Notes: generated by a model not told the origin, from the sequence alone. 60,756 nt of DNA, filler included, from Hausera hauseri (GCA_046269625.1; 12 parts of 12 records of this genome joined end to end with filler, not necessarily neighbours in it); one strand, 5' to 3'. Positions 12,628-26,276 are shown, counted from the first letter of the whole stretch. Translations and numbers: made by a program.

Positions 12628-13906
12628 TTGGACAAAATATACAATTTACCAATATACAACAGATTCCCCGCTAACCTATGTTCTTCCCTAGTAGCTTACC
12701 TATCTCCTTTCTTACCGAAATTCTTCGCTCTCACTCTACATACCGATCCTTACGTATGGATACATCGCTTCGATATACTGTTATCCAGTAATCTTCTGTA
12801 TTCACGATTCCAAAAAAATATAAAGGAAATAATCTACAGGAATGTTGAATACTAATTTCTTACTGGTCTCATATTTATGAACCTCAGCTCCTACATCAAA
12901 CCATTGAACAACAATTCTCCACTTCAAACTTCCCATTACAACCCGAACATGTTTTGTTGACCGTTATCCAAGGCTTTATCGTTGTTGAGATTCACAAATT
13001 ACCCTTACCTATATTTAAATTTTACGTATATTTTTATAAGTCCGTCTTGCTAACAGCCGATGTTTGGTCTTCGACATCGCTTACCATTTTAGTTAGAGAA
13101 ACATCTCTTCTATATATTCAGTTGGAATATACGGATGTTCCATCTTGGCGTCGTTATTTAGACATCTCACACAACGGAGGAATATCATTAAACGAGTTAC
13201 ATTGGTTCCTCCCACCTCAAACCACTATATACCCACGTTCGAATTCCTCACTCGTACCCAATTCATGAGTTTATTTTTGCTGGATATGCTGTACATTCTC
13301 TAGAAATCTCCCATTACCGATTCTAGTTTTCCTGGCTGATCTTATTGCTCATCCCGACGAAGCCCTTAAAATAAGGTACAAAGGTACGTGCGTCCACGTG
13401 AAAAGATCGACTATGTTGACAAACATTGTTATGGCGTATCGTTGGACGATCTGGAATTGGCACCAGATTTTACTCTCATTAAGGCTCATATCCAAAAAAC
13501 CATATATGGCATAGTTTTGGTTATGTTTGATCCCCAGTTCTCTCTTATCCTCTGGCACCTACCTAACACAATATTACTTGGCTACATTGACCTTAATTAT
13601 AGCCCAAATGGATTTAATTGATTTTGTACGTTGTACAAATCAATCAAATACTTCGCGCCAGTCCAGATGGATGCCGAGTATATGGACTTTATCGCCAACG
13701 ACATATACAAGGAAATGCGACGTTTCAGTTGGCTACTTCCTCAGTGGCGTCCACAGTCCTTGTCCAATATAACATCGAAACCACCATATAAACCGTTTTC
13801 ATCCATACGACACTGTCCTTGGTCGCACATGTCTTGCTTGGAAAGTCCACCCTTAGACTCTTTTTGGGATCTTCTGAAGTGCCGACGGACGCTGAAAGTT
13901 CAATAA
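12628..13906 (+). pseudogene. Second accessory-ORF homolog with DEDDh-exonuclease-like segment
   Basis: IRYKG-YVRPREKIDYVDKHCYGVSLDDLELAPDFTLIKAHIQKTIYGIVLVMFD matches the REX4 core. The N-terminal part VVEIHKL...STSLTILVR...LYIQL...LDISHNGGISLN parallels the ORF at 322. Confidence 0.6.
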
Positions 13907-14037
13907 TGTATTCCTTACCACTCAGCCGATTCCTTCACGAAGTTTTGAAGGCAGCCAAATCAAATTAAAAGTTACGTGCCAATGACTTCATAACGTTGAC
14001 TGATTTAATTACCTTGGACTCGACCTAATTGTGATTA

Positions 14038-14950
14038 TGTAACGCAAGTGGAAGGTGGTAACATCGGCCCCCATTGTGTTGGGGATGAATAATCGTGGGA
14101 TCATTCGATCGGCAATACTGTTGCAGATAATTAGATAATTAATTGAATTTTCCTTTTTGTATTGTAAACCATTCTCCTTTGTGAATAGCAGACAGTTTCC
14201 GTTTGTGTGTTGTAGATAGTTAAAAAGTTGATTGTTGTTGATCCATGTGTTGTAGAATAACTAATTGGAGATTTGATTGGACTATAGAAGTCTGGAAGCT
14301 TGTACATAATTAATTATTAACAATAACTAGTATTGTTGTAGTTAAAATTATTCTTTTGGATTAACTAGCGTTTCAATCCCATGTAAATGGTCCAGTCTAT
14401 TGTGACAAAGAAATAAATCAATTGTTATTCAACGTAAATAATTCAAGTTACATAGAAAATTGTAAATAACTGATCTCTATGAAGAACAGCGATCGCAGCG
14501 AGTAACATAAATACGCGATGACAAGCGAAGTAAAAAAAGAAAAAATTTAGAAGGAGATTGCCAGGCGAAAGATTTGGATATATTTGGAAAAAGAGTTCAA
14601 GACATCGGTCTACTTTCTTATTGATTGACTCTGATTCTATTGCTGACGTTAACCGAATCGGACTCTGATTTATTGCCGTTGTTGATCTAATCAGTGGGTA
14701 TTTTCTTAGTTAATATATTATCTGTTGTTAAAATCTGTTATATAGTTTTGCACCGCTCCTTAAGAATGGTTAAATAGAACCCTAAGAAAGTAAAATCGAG
14801 AGTAACTTTTCCAGATAAGAGAGAATCATTTTAAAATTTGCACAGGACCGCACACATTTTCAAGCATTCTAAAAAGAGACATTCGTTTAATGAGAACGTT
14901 AAACCAGCTTGCATAAGATAAAACTTGATTTCAAGTGTAACTACGTTACA
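14038..14950 (+). mobile_element. Candidate LTR (~913 bp)
   Basis: Begins TGTAACG and ends CGTTACA (7-bp inverted repeat), just after the accessory ORF. No clear PPT or PBS. Confidence 0.4.
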
Positions 14951-15409
14951 GTTAGAAGTTGTATAGGGCCCACCAAAATCTCCNNNNNNNNNNNNNNNNN
15001 NNNNNNNNNNNNNNNNNNNNNNNNNNNTTAATTAATTAANNNNNNNNNNNNNNNNNNNNNNNNNNNNNNNNNNNNNNNNNNNNTTTTCATTATTTCAACA
15101 TTTCGCAGATTAGATATCAAATATTCGATATCAGGCCGTCAGACAATCAACTAAATATTTCAAAAAAAATGTTTTGACAGCTGTATTCTAAATTTTATTC
15201 ACAAAAACTAAACTTATTTACAATAACAGCTGTTCTTCACACCAATCAATGTCGTTACTCTACATACGTAACATTTGTTATTATTTTACGTATTACTTCT
15301 GTTTTAAAATGTATATTTAATTCACAAGTTTGAATTAAGCGTAAAAATACTTTTGTAGAATATGTAAAAATCCATGTTAGTTCATATCTAGTTATCAGGT
15401 TAGTTGCGT

Positions 15410-16374
15410 TTTATTTCGAATCACAATTCATGTTGGCAGCAATCTCGAACAGTCCTACCAGATTCCACCATGCCTGGTTAGTATTACCAGAAGATATAGC
15501 CACGAGGATACCATGAAAAACTGTCTCCAACCAGAATTACGAAGAACTCAAACTGACCATACTGAAACAACGACAGAAATCTAAATATGCATACATAGAA
15601 GCTGCACTGACCAATCTCCATCACGGAACGGACAAACCCTCACTGATGTTCCACAGGCCTTACGCGAAGCCAATATAGACAACGAATAGATCGAAAAGTT
15701 TAAATTCTTTGAAGCATTGCCGGCCCATCTCCGAAGCAACATCATGGGGTACATGGAACTACAGAATCCGTCAATGGAACTACTCACCAAAAACGAGAGA
15801 GTCATACTACCAACGTCGCTACACAATCAAGGCCATCCAGGGATTCGACGGACAAAGAAATTAATTCAAATGTCATATACCTGGCACCAAATGTCAAAGG
15901 ATATACAAAAATGGTGCCAAGAGTGCCAACATTATGCAGGAGCCAAAATATACAGGCACGTCAAATCTCCAATAACTCCTCACATGGACATAGTCAGGCC
16001 ACTTCCACCAGTGAACTGTAAGACGTACATTCTGACCATAATCGATAGTGTACGGTGCCAACTTAGCGATCCCAGGTGCAATATTCCACCAACCAGAGGA
16101 GACAGCACCGGACGTAATAAAAACATCCGAGAGTCGAAAAATGATTGCCACGAACAGCAACAGTCATCCGATAATTCCAAAAACGATTGAAAATTTCGAC
16201 TTCGTCTATGTCCGAAAGCATACAAAGAAAGCACTGGAGGTGCTCTACGAGGGACCATATCGAGTCCTAGAAAGATATCCCAAATACTTCAAGTTGGAAG
16301 ACGGAAACAACCAGCCTTCCTCACAATTCCGAACGGACTTGAGAAGGAAGAACTATAACAACATGGATTCGTGA
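15410..16374 (+). pseudogene. Internally deleted CsRN1-like gypsy element: gag fragment joined to integrase fragments
   Basis: gag reads FESQFMLAAI...LPEDIA...NYEELK...DKPS...FFEALP. Integrase reads HNQGHPGIRRTKKLI...CQEC, HMDIVRPLP, and the GPY module YEGPYRVLER. Confidence 0.85.
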
Positions 16375-16512
16375 AAATTCATAAAAGGAATTAAAACGAT
16401 AATTTGTTTAAATAATACTTCGTTTGAATAAATAAAGTTCTTGAATTCGTAATCCATCGTTTTCATTGTATATCATTATGCATAACTATATAAAAATATT
16501 TCTTCTTTTCAG

Positions 16513-18620
16513 CTGTCATAGGGAATCATAAGGTTCGGCTTTAGAGTCTCGTTTGAATATATTATATATGATACCCTATATTTTCGAACTCAAAATATTA
16601 CATGCCTTACTTTGGAATTACATCTTCAGAATCTCCACGATTTTCTATCATTTATAAATAATCATCGTCATTAATTCACGAAAGGATAAATTTGTATTTC
16701 ACCAAATTGCCGGTTTGTATGTGTTAGAGTTCGGTTGGTGAAATAAAATTCAAAATTTATTTTAAATTTTATACAAATTGTCTTTACGACTGTTGATGGT
16801 CATCTGACAAATCGTTTGCAGATCCTGGAATTCACCATCAGCACATAAATATCTTCAATTACTGAAGAACATCAATTTCTTATTATTCGTCATCCGGAAG
16901 GCCGAGTTCGGGCTGTTCGACGGTCAAAACCAGTCTGCGCCAAATTACAAATTTATCACAACGGATTCTCCTCTCTCGCATACTAACAGTGAATTTGCCT
17001 CCGTTTGTCTAGACATTTTGATCTACGAAATCGATCGCTTTTAAGGCTCTCACGAGATGATATTCCGACCCCTCTATCCGATTATAATCCCTTTCTTTAT
17101 AGTCAAACGTCCCCTTATTAAGGTACCGTATTATGGAATGTTTATTGAAGGCTATAAATTGCAATAATAACTACAACTTCGTCAGTTACATGATTATATA
17201 TTTCCATTGGCGATTACAACGACAGATATCAAGAGGCATATATGCACTTTACTGCCGGGTACCCATCGTCAAGTTCGCTTATTTATTCGTATTCTGCAAC
17301 TCATTCACTGGCATTTTTAATAATCGCGATTCGCTACCTCCAACCGTATGTCCAATTAGCGTCAGCGGAATTTAAACCTGTGTACGTAGAAATTAATTTC
17401 TCTGTTAGTTGTATCGATGACCCTCATCGAGTTACGTGGATGATTCTCCTACGTAAGGTAAACAACTATCGAGTCTGACGTATAAGTAGTGGGATCTAAG
17501 GTTGCTCGCGTTTACGATGTGAAATCTTATTATCATCCCTTCTTGTGGTCGAACCTGATCATAATGTTTGGTTTCTATTTTACTGAAATGATTTTAGGAA
17601 ATTACTTAATGTCCATGATTCAAATGCAGGAATTTGTGATTACTCGAGAGACGATAGACGTTTATAAATATTGTAAAGCCTCTCTTGTGTATTCATCCAA
17701 TATATTATGTTGTTATCACGACTGCCCTGATTCTATAACCAGAACATTTAAATTACGATGCCCAAGCGGTCATTCCTCGACTTGACCATAAATCCACACC
17801 TGCCAGATTTCGAACTTACTGGTTTGCAATAAAACTCGATTATGTTATAGCAAAATATCAGTGGTAACTGTGCACGAGATATGAGGCAGCGTGACATTGT
17901 CATTCTTAAAGGAATAGGTAGATTTCTGAACTACTGTCATCGTTACATTAACTTCAGTATCTAAGGATTACACAATCTGCACCATTACTACTCCACATCC
18001 ACGGGCGATCCACACTGACAACCACACAACGTTAATTTGCTGCTCCTTAACAGTAATCGATTTTAACTAATCATTCTCGCTTGATCTACCTAGTCACGTT
18101 CGTATCCTAGTCACGCTCGCGCAATTATCGGTGATAACGTAAGTCAACGCTGTCCCTGAATTGGGCCAATGACACAAACACTCATCAACCTGGCGTCTGC
18201 AACGAATGGTAGAATTTTCACTCGGGTCTGCGGCGAATACAAAACAAATCGTTTATCGATTTGTCTCGAGTAGGATTAATCACTAATTCCCAGTATTCGC
18301 ACTTTATTAGTTCGATGTCATCCGAATTATACAATCAACTGTCCTATTGATGACGGCCATCGGTAGTGAAATTCGTTGTATTACTCGATTCCTGGAGCGC
18401 TGAGGGTAACAAATAATTATCTACTCTAGGCGATTTTAACTTCTGAATCATCAGTTCCTCTGCCCATAGTTTCAGATATTTATCGGGGTTTTGATATAGA
18501 CTTGCAACTGTATCATATCATTTTTATTTGACCATTGTGCCGGTTACGGTGGCACACCCTGACTCCACCAATCGTATGTGCATGGGATCGCCGATCTGCT
18601 GAATTAAGTTGCGCCATACT
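16513..18620 (+). pseudogene. Heavily degraded third accessory-ORF homolog downstream of integrase
   Basis: Preceded by ttcttcttttcAG (16512). Fragments QIAGLYVLEF, FKIYFKFY...WSS and LQIYHNGFSSL align with 12954-13268. A possible RING remnant lies at 18460-18600. Confidence 0.45.
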
Positions 18621-19429
18621 GTCGCTGAACAAGCAATATTGATAGTCACAGATTCCCGATGACGACCGCTCCCATCGGAATAATTCATCGTGTACTTAGG
18701 AGAATTATTTATTTTTTATAGAAATTATCCAAGTTTATTGGCGGCTGTTATCATTTAATTATATATTTAAATGTATTAACCATAATTCTGAATGATAATT
18801 TACCGTGTTGTTCTTGAGATCCGTTCTGGGTATTTTCATTGGTTTATACTAAAAATGATAGGAGTGTTTAACGGTAATAGTGTTTAATCAGGTTGTTATA
18901 AATGTTGCTAGTGGCCCTCAATTATGTTCACTATTAATTTCTTTTGTCAGTCTCCGATTGGTTTTCGTTGGCTTCCAAAAATATCAAGTATCTAAACGAA
19001 TCTGTTATTCTGGTCTTCAAATACATGCATTTACTCCACTGGTAGGTAATTATGAGGTACAAATCGTATCTCCAAAATTCCGTAAAGTGACTTCGTTCTT
19101 GGTTCAGCTGGTTTNNNNNNNNNNNNNNNNNNNNNNNNNNNNNNNNNNNNNNNNNNNNTTAATTAATTAANNNNNNNNNNNNNNNNNNNNNNNNNNNNNN
19201 NNNNNNNNNNNNNNTATCTGCATGTGGGACGAAGTCGAGACAATGTGAAATAAAGTCACATTAAGGACCGTGAGGTTGCCAACGACTCCATGGTATATTT
19301 CTCTGTTGTATTTCTGTATATAAAGTGTATATGTCTATATACTGTATTATTTTCATTATTGATTTATACTTATTCATATACTTATTGTTGTATTCACTCG
19401 TAATAGTAACATGTATGATTTCTGTAATC

Positions 19430-21190
19430 ATGCCGTCATAGCGTCAGCAAGACCTCGTAGAATGGCTTCATTTGAAGCCTTGAAGATTATTCAGATGCTA
19501 GATAGTTCAGACGACTATGACGACATTGTCGATGGAGATAAATCAACAACGAAGATTACATCGAAGAGCGGGAAGAAAACGCTATGATGCCGAAGATGTA
19601 AAAAACAATCTCGGTGATGTTGAAAGTGATTCTAATGACGCAGAGAAAGGTGGAGACTGCGTAAGTAGTGACGAAGAACAAATTGGCAATGAAAATGAGT
19701 CTGATAATGATAATATTCTTAATGATATAGCAGACCAAAGGCAAATGAGTATACAGCGTTATCTGTCGACAGACGTAATCAATGGTAACCAGTACCACCA
19801 CTGACTAATTCAAGAAGTCAAACACGTGCTCACAACGTAGTAAATCAGCAGCCAGGTCTCACTCATGAGGTTTCAGAAAAAGCAGTAATACATCAAGGTT
19901 CTTTCTATAGTTTTATAACACATAGCACGATTCAGATCGTTGCGCAATGCACGAATGACGAAGGTGCTAGAGTATTGGGAAATGACTGGATTCCAACAAC
20001 TTCATTAGAGATTGAAAAATATTTTGGGTTATTATTTCTGGAGAGCGTTTAGCGTGGTTGCCTGGAACCGATAATGAATCTTTGGAATGTTGAATAAGCT
20101 AGACCTATCATCTGTGCAGCAATGGTGCGAAATCGTTTTCAATTACTGACATGAATAATGCGTTTTTATTCCAAGGACACAAGAGCGGAATGCCGACAGA
20201 GAGATAAAGTGGCTCCAATAAGAAACAAACATGACAACTTCGCAGTTAGATGCCGAATGTTGTACAAACCATGAACTCAGCTCTGTATTAATGAACAACT
20301 GGTTGTCTATCGTGGTTTCTGACCATTCAAAATCTACACCTCCAGTAAACCAAGAAAATATTGGTTTAAGGTATAGGTTTGTTGTGATGTATAGACATTA
20401 TACGCGTGCAACTTGGAGCTGCGTACCGACAAGTAAGGTCAAACATCACAAGAAGATCAAGCAACAAGAGTAGATCTGCAGCTGAAAGAACCATGGACTA
20501 GTTCAAGGAAGGTTGTATTGGAGATTATTTCTTCACATCACTCACTCTGGCAAATGCACCGCTAACCAGACAGGTAATCTACTGTGGAACAATCGGACAT
20601 AATTGACGCTTTCTTCCATTTGCTATGTTGAGCTCAAAACAACGAAACATCAGTTCGAGTTCTTTTGCTTTTGACGGTGACAAAACAGTGGTGTCATACA
20701 CACCGAAGCAAAAATCTGAAATAATCCTTCACTATAATCGAACAAAAGGAGCAGTCTATAATGTTGACAAACTTATCAGAACGTATTCATGCCAACGTAA
20801 ATGACGAAGATGGCAAATGATTTTTTCTAGAACTTTTTGGACAGCGCTGCCTACAATGTAACCGTGGTCTTCTTCTCAGTAAATACTGATTGCGACAGAG
20901 ATAAACCACAACGCTACCGTCTTTTACTCGAAAGAATGGCTATGGACATGATTGTTGATGCAATACATAATCGAAAAAATGGCCGTACAGATGCGATTAC
21001 ATTCCCAGCACACATTCCTGACTGTATTTCGACAGTAGCAAAACCACTGGTAAAATGAGCTCATTGTATACTGTATCCGAGAACAACAAACAAAAAGACT
21101 GGAAAGGTGCAACATTTCCAACAGCAGCATCTGCAAGGACCATGCATGCAATGTCTGAGATCCACAGTGCAACCAGTAGATCACATGTAA
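19430..21190 (+). pseudogene. piggyBac (PGBD-type) transposase relic
   Basis: Acidic N-terminus, then CTNDEG, EIEKYFGLL, AMVRNRFQLL, DKVAPIR, LCINEQLVVYRG, SKPRKY, DYFFTSL, HYNRTKGAVYNVDKL, RRWQM and LDSAAYN, with a Cys-rich tail. Many stops. Confidence 0.9.
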
Positions 21191-21422
21191 TCTATAGATT
21201 GTTACTGATATTGAACAGTACTGAACAGACACATACGCTATTTTCCTTAAAGAACAGAATAAAACATTCAATTGTTGATTTTTAAAAAATAAGCTTTGAT
21301 AACAGAAACAGATTCATGATTAGTATGTACGTTTTGCAAAACAAACAGTAAAACAACCAAAATATTTTCAAAATATTATCCAAAATATTTTCATCACTTT
21401 TAAATTCCGGTGGATTTTGAAT

Positions 21423-21587
21423 TCAATTTTCAAGATATCTTTCACATTCCTGAATATGTTTTAATTTAATTACTTTATATGAATGCGTTTCTGATTTTAA
21501 ATGCCTTTCTAATCGTAATAGTTTTTGGAATTGTTTTCCACAAACTTCGCAATACACGTTATTTTCGAATGTTTGATGTGTTGCCAT
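21423..21587 (-). CDS. Small C2H2 (U1/matrin-like) zinc-finger ORF
   Basis: YCEVCGKQFQKLLRLERHLKSETH = C-x2-C-x12-H-x5-H. Confidence 0.55.
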   Translation of the reverse strand: MATHQTFENNVYCEVCGKQFQKLLRLERHLKSETHSYKVIKLKHIQECERYLEN

Positions 21588-21655
21588 TTTGTATTGTAAG
21601 GAGGAATTTAAACGGATATTAATGTTTAAATTCAATTCAAAATTAATTCAATAAA

Positions 21656-23500
21656 TAGCCAATAGAAAGGCAGGAAATTAAGAAAAGGAGGAAAATAAGA
21701 CTCATTTAATGATTGAAGTAGGTAATTGTTATACAAACTTTTATAATAAATCTCTTATGAATAATTCTATTATACAATCATCAAGTCAGGTTGGGGTTGG
21801 GATGGTAGAGATGCGATCTACTAACATGGCGATCAACGCTTCAAGAGACTTCTTCGAGAAGAAATTGATGCCGAGAGAATTCCAGAAAGGTGACAACGTG
21901 GAAACCTTTATTGGAAAATTCGAGAGATACTTCGACTTCATAAGGATGTCGGAGACGGAACGGGAAACTGCGGTACTGTGCCTGATGGCGGAGGAAGAAG
22001 AGGAAAAATACAATCTGGTGAACCAGAAGGTGAAAGGATACCAAAATCGGTTGAGAAAAGTATTTTTAAAACCCACAATGCTGTGCAGAGATACGTATGA
22101 GGTCTTGAACTACAGAATGAGGAGGCAGAACCGGACGCCTACTTCAACAAAATTGAACAATTGTCGAAGAGCAGACTTAGCCACAAAGTAACATTGGAAA
22201 CCCTAACAGAAGAATTGATGATCCACTTTTGCGACAATCCAGAGATGACAGAGGAAATTTATCGCTGTGACGAAAAAAGTGTCGAACAAATCAAAGAGAA
22301 AATACGAAAAGTCCACGAAGTGGCAACAAACACGGAAAAGATAAACACAGTCAGAGAATACACCAGAGAGAGTCGACGGAGTTACCTGGATGTGGCGGTG
22401 CACAAATATGATAAACCAATACAGGAAAGGAAGGATTTCAAACTGCACAAGACGCAGGCAAAGAGCACGATTAAATGCTAGTAGTGCAAAAAGATGGGCA
22501 TACAAGCATGACGTGCAACCTCCAACATGCACCAAGATATTTTGGTTTCGGGAAAGAAGGATATATTTACAGGAATTGCTCCGAAAGGAAACTTATAATA
22601 TGCTACGTGTGTGGTCAGCAAAGACACAATGCGAAATTGCATAAACATAAAATGCAATAGATGTCACAATAGAAAGCACAGAGAAGAAGAGTGCTATAGA
22701 AAATTGGACAAGAGCAGAAGAGGACGAAATACGTATACAGACAATTTCAAACGTGCGGGGTATGGTGAAAAAAGATAAGGAGAAAGGGTGAACAGCATGC
22801 ATGCATACGTTGCAAATATTAAGGAGGACTATGAAGAATCCGTCACAGAGTCGACAAACCCAAAAGACTGAGCCTCGACAGAATTGGAGCTAGTTGGGGC
22901 ATTACATTAAAAAACTCCAAAGGCTCCAAAAACACTGAAAGGAATGGACAAGGTATTGAAGAAATGAAGGAACAAACACAGGAAAAGGTACCGAAGTTCA
23001 TAGAAAAGGAAATATTTGGGGACAGAAACAAAGAAGTTCGATTTACAGAACGTCAAAACGACAGCCTCCATGAAGAGGGGATTTTTTGCCTGGAAGGACT
23101 GACGGAAAGGCAGATCACATACGATAAACTACAAGGACGGCCAGGTATAAAAATAAAAATACAAGGTAGATGGGAAGACTGCCTATTGGACACAGGAGCA
23201 CGGGTGAACGTGATGAGTAGGAAGATTTTTGAAAGATTGATAAATGTCCAGCTGGAAAAATCAGATATCACGCTCCGTTGTGCAAATGATAGCCCCCTAG
23301 ACTGCATGGGTGAACTGTCCGTAAATGTGAAATTCAAGGGTGTACAGAAGCGCGTAACTTTTATAGTAGTAACAAATATATCATCAGAAATAATTGGAGG
23401 AATGGAACTACAAAAGTCTTTTGCAATCGAATTAAGTTGGCGACAGAAAGATGGGGAAGAACAAAGGTATAATATATGCAACATTAGTAATAAAATGGCG
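21656..23500 (+). pseudogene. Ty3/gypsy gag (three CCHC knuckles) and aspartic protease
   Basis: gag reads PREFQKGDNVETFIGKFERYF. Knuckles at 22476-22642 include CKKDGHTSMTC and CYVCGQQRHNA. Protease reads CLLDTGARVNV...IIGG. Confidence 0.9.
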
Positions 23501-23503
23501 GTT

Positions 23504-23905
23504 CTGCCCCACCCCGGAGGGGTGGGTAATCGATAAATCGATTTTGCACATGTGCCAATCGATAGTGCACCCGGAGCAATATCGATCCAAAAAGTGACTA
23601 GCAACGGTGTCGTTAGGCACCGTTGCGAATGGCACTTTTGCACTTTTGCTTATCGATTGCTGAACAGTGCACTATTAATCGAATCGACCTGCACTTTGTG
23701 CAACCGGTAGTGCACACGAGTGCACATCGATTGGTGCAAGTGCAGGTGTGCAGCACATGTGCAAGTGTGCAAAAATCAATAATATCGAATTTCCGATAAA
23801 TTCAATATGAATTATTAGCACCCGGGACCAGGTGCAATTGGAAGCAAACATGATGTAATATACGAGTGTGCAGTTAGAATTTAAATTTATTGATTGAAAT
23901 TGCAA
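23504..23905 (-). mobile_element. Non-autonomous hairpin-terminated repeat (Helitron/Helentron-like), GTGCAC-rich
   Basis: Reverse-complement homolog of 30105-30500. GC hairpin CCCACCCC-GGA-GGGGTGGG at 23508-23526. Interrupts gypsy pol. Confidence 0.6.
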
Positions 23906-23939
23906 ACTGGTTATTTTTTCAACATGTTTTTAAGCGTAT

Positions 23940-24123
23940 GGAAGCAAAATTCGACCCAACATTGAGAGGGGACAGAAACCTTTATTAGAAAATGACACAG
24001 ATACTTCGACTTCATAAAGATATCGGAGACGGACCGGGAAACTGCGATCCTGTGTCTGATGGCGGATGAGGAACAGGAAAAATACAATCTGGTGAACAAG
24101 AAGGTGAAAGGGTACCAAAACCG
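23940..24123 (+). pseudogene. Second gag fragment of the same gypsy family
   Basis: ETFIRK*HRYFDFIKISETDRETAILCLMADEEQEKYNLV, near-identical to 21900-22050. Confidence 0.85.
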
Positions 24124-24223
24124 NNNNNNNNNNNNNNNNNNNNNNNNNNNNNNNNNNNNNNNNNNNNTTAATTAATTAANNNNNNNNNNNNNNNNNNNNN
24201 NNNNNNNNNNNNNNNNNNNNNNN

Positions 24224-25160
24224 TGGGTTTCCTTTCCGGACAATTCCTTTTAATGTGTCCTACTTTCCCGCAACCAAAGCATCTTGGTGTTTGTTGGAGG
24301 TTGCATGTCTTGCTTGTATGCGCGTCTTTCTTGCACAACCAAAATTTTACCATCCTCTGCCTGCGTATTGTGCAGTTTGAAATTTCTCCTTTCTTGTCTT
24401 GGTTTGCAAATTTGTGCACCACCACATCCCGATAACTCCGTTGACCATCTTTAGTGTATTCTCTGACTATTTATCTCCCGTCTTTGCTGCCACTTTGTGA
24501 ACTTTCTGTGTTTTGGTTTTGATTTATTCTACGCTTTTTTCGTCACTGTGGTAGATTTCCTTTCTCATCTCCGGATTGTCACAACAGTGGATCATCAATT
24601 CCTATGTTAAAGCTTTCGGTGTTATTTTGTGACTAAAGATTCCCTTCATCAACAGTTCGATTTTGTTGAAGTAGGCGGCCGGTTCTGCCCCCTTCACTCT
24701 GTAGTCCAATGCCTCACTCAGATCTCGGCACAGCGTTATGGGTTTTGCAAAGGCTTTTCTCAATCGGTTTTCGTACTCTTTAGCTTTTGGGCTGACCAAA
24801 TGGTACTTTTCCTGTGCTTCGTCCGCCAAGAAGCACAAGACCGTGGTTTCTCGCTTGGTCTCCGACATGTTTATGAAGTCGAAGTATCTTTGGCATTTTC
24901 CAATAAAGGTTTCCACGTTGTCTCCTTTCTGGAATTCCTATGTGCATCAATTTCTTCTTGAAGAAGTCTCTTGAAGTGTTGGTCGCCATGTTAGTAGATC
25001 GCGTCTCTACCATCCCGAACTCAACCTCATTTGATGGTTGTAAAATAGAATTTTCCATAAAAGAGTTATTATAAAGTTTATATTACACTTATCTTTATAA
25101 CTCGGGAAATGTGTCTTATTTTCCTTCTTTTCTGAATTTCCTGACTTTCTGTTGGCTGTC
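24224..25160 (-). pseudogene. Third gag copy of the same gypsy family
   Basis: METFIGKCQRYFDFINMSETKRE..., with knuckle CFGCGKVGHIKRNC. The upstream leader is homologous to 21656-21780. Confidence 0.88.
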
Positions 25161-26276
25161 TCAATTCCTCCTTACATAGATGGTTCAGTTTTGGTGAACA
25201 TTTGTCACTTACCGTCACCAACTTGCACCTCCTTGTCCTCATTTCTTTTCCTGTTTTCCCTTCAGGCTACTGGACAATTTTTTTACGGTGTCCGCAGGCG
25301 TTATATAAATTTCGCCTGTTCTTCAACTTTAAGCCTTAAGCCATTCGCGTATGTCTTTTTTAACTTCCTTTGAGCGTCGGCCAATTGCAGCTTCAACTGC
25401 GGAATCCTCCTCGGAATCCTCCATTGACTTTGGTTTTGCCTAAATTTCGAATGTCTTGTCGAAATTCACGTGGAACTGAGGGTCTTTTGCATTGTCTATC
25501 ACGATTGTCTCAATTGCTCATCCGGCTTTCATCTTGAGATTCAACCGACATTTCCGTCGGTCATAATCCTTCTGTTATTTGTTTTTCATCTTATACGTAA
25601 TACAATAAGCTCCTGTGTATTGTTTGCATCTGCAACAGCCTTCGTCAATTGTTTCAATCGACGTTTCGTTACTGGTTTCTTTGAGAATTGGCTTTATCAT
25701 TGCCTTTGCCTCCTGCATCTTCTATGGACTCTTGAGGCCTTCACTGCTGTCGAATTTGTGTTCGACAAGTAGTCGTCACTTGAATCTTGAGTCAGTGCAA
25801 GATCTTCGCACACTTTTCGGATAACTGAATTGCTTTCTTCATTTTTTTCCTGCTGTCCTTTGATTTGTCCGAATTTTCTTTGGTGCAGCTCGCCGATTTG
25901 TTCACGTCAATTTCTGATTGTCACCCGACACTTTCCGCTGCTGCAACAATCAGTTTCCAACTAACATTTGCGTGTTCGTTTTAGCGTAGAGACAAAATAA
26001 TGAAAAACTGCCTTATACTATTTACGAACCCCTTTTCGAAGGAGGTGAAATTAGTGACAATACACATGGTTTTTAGGTGTGCACACATGAAAACAAATGA
26101 AATCACATGATTTTTATATCCACATACACATACATTTTTGATACACATACACACCTATATACACAAAATTACCTATAAATGTGAACTGAAAATAGTTTGA
26201 ATTCTTTTCAAAAACAATGTCAAATGTAAATTTTGCTTAAGCAATTTTTATTTTTTACATAACTTTTTTTTAGTAA

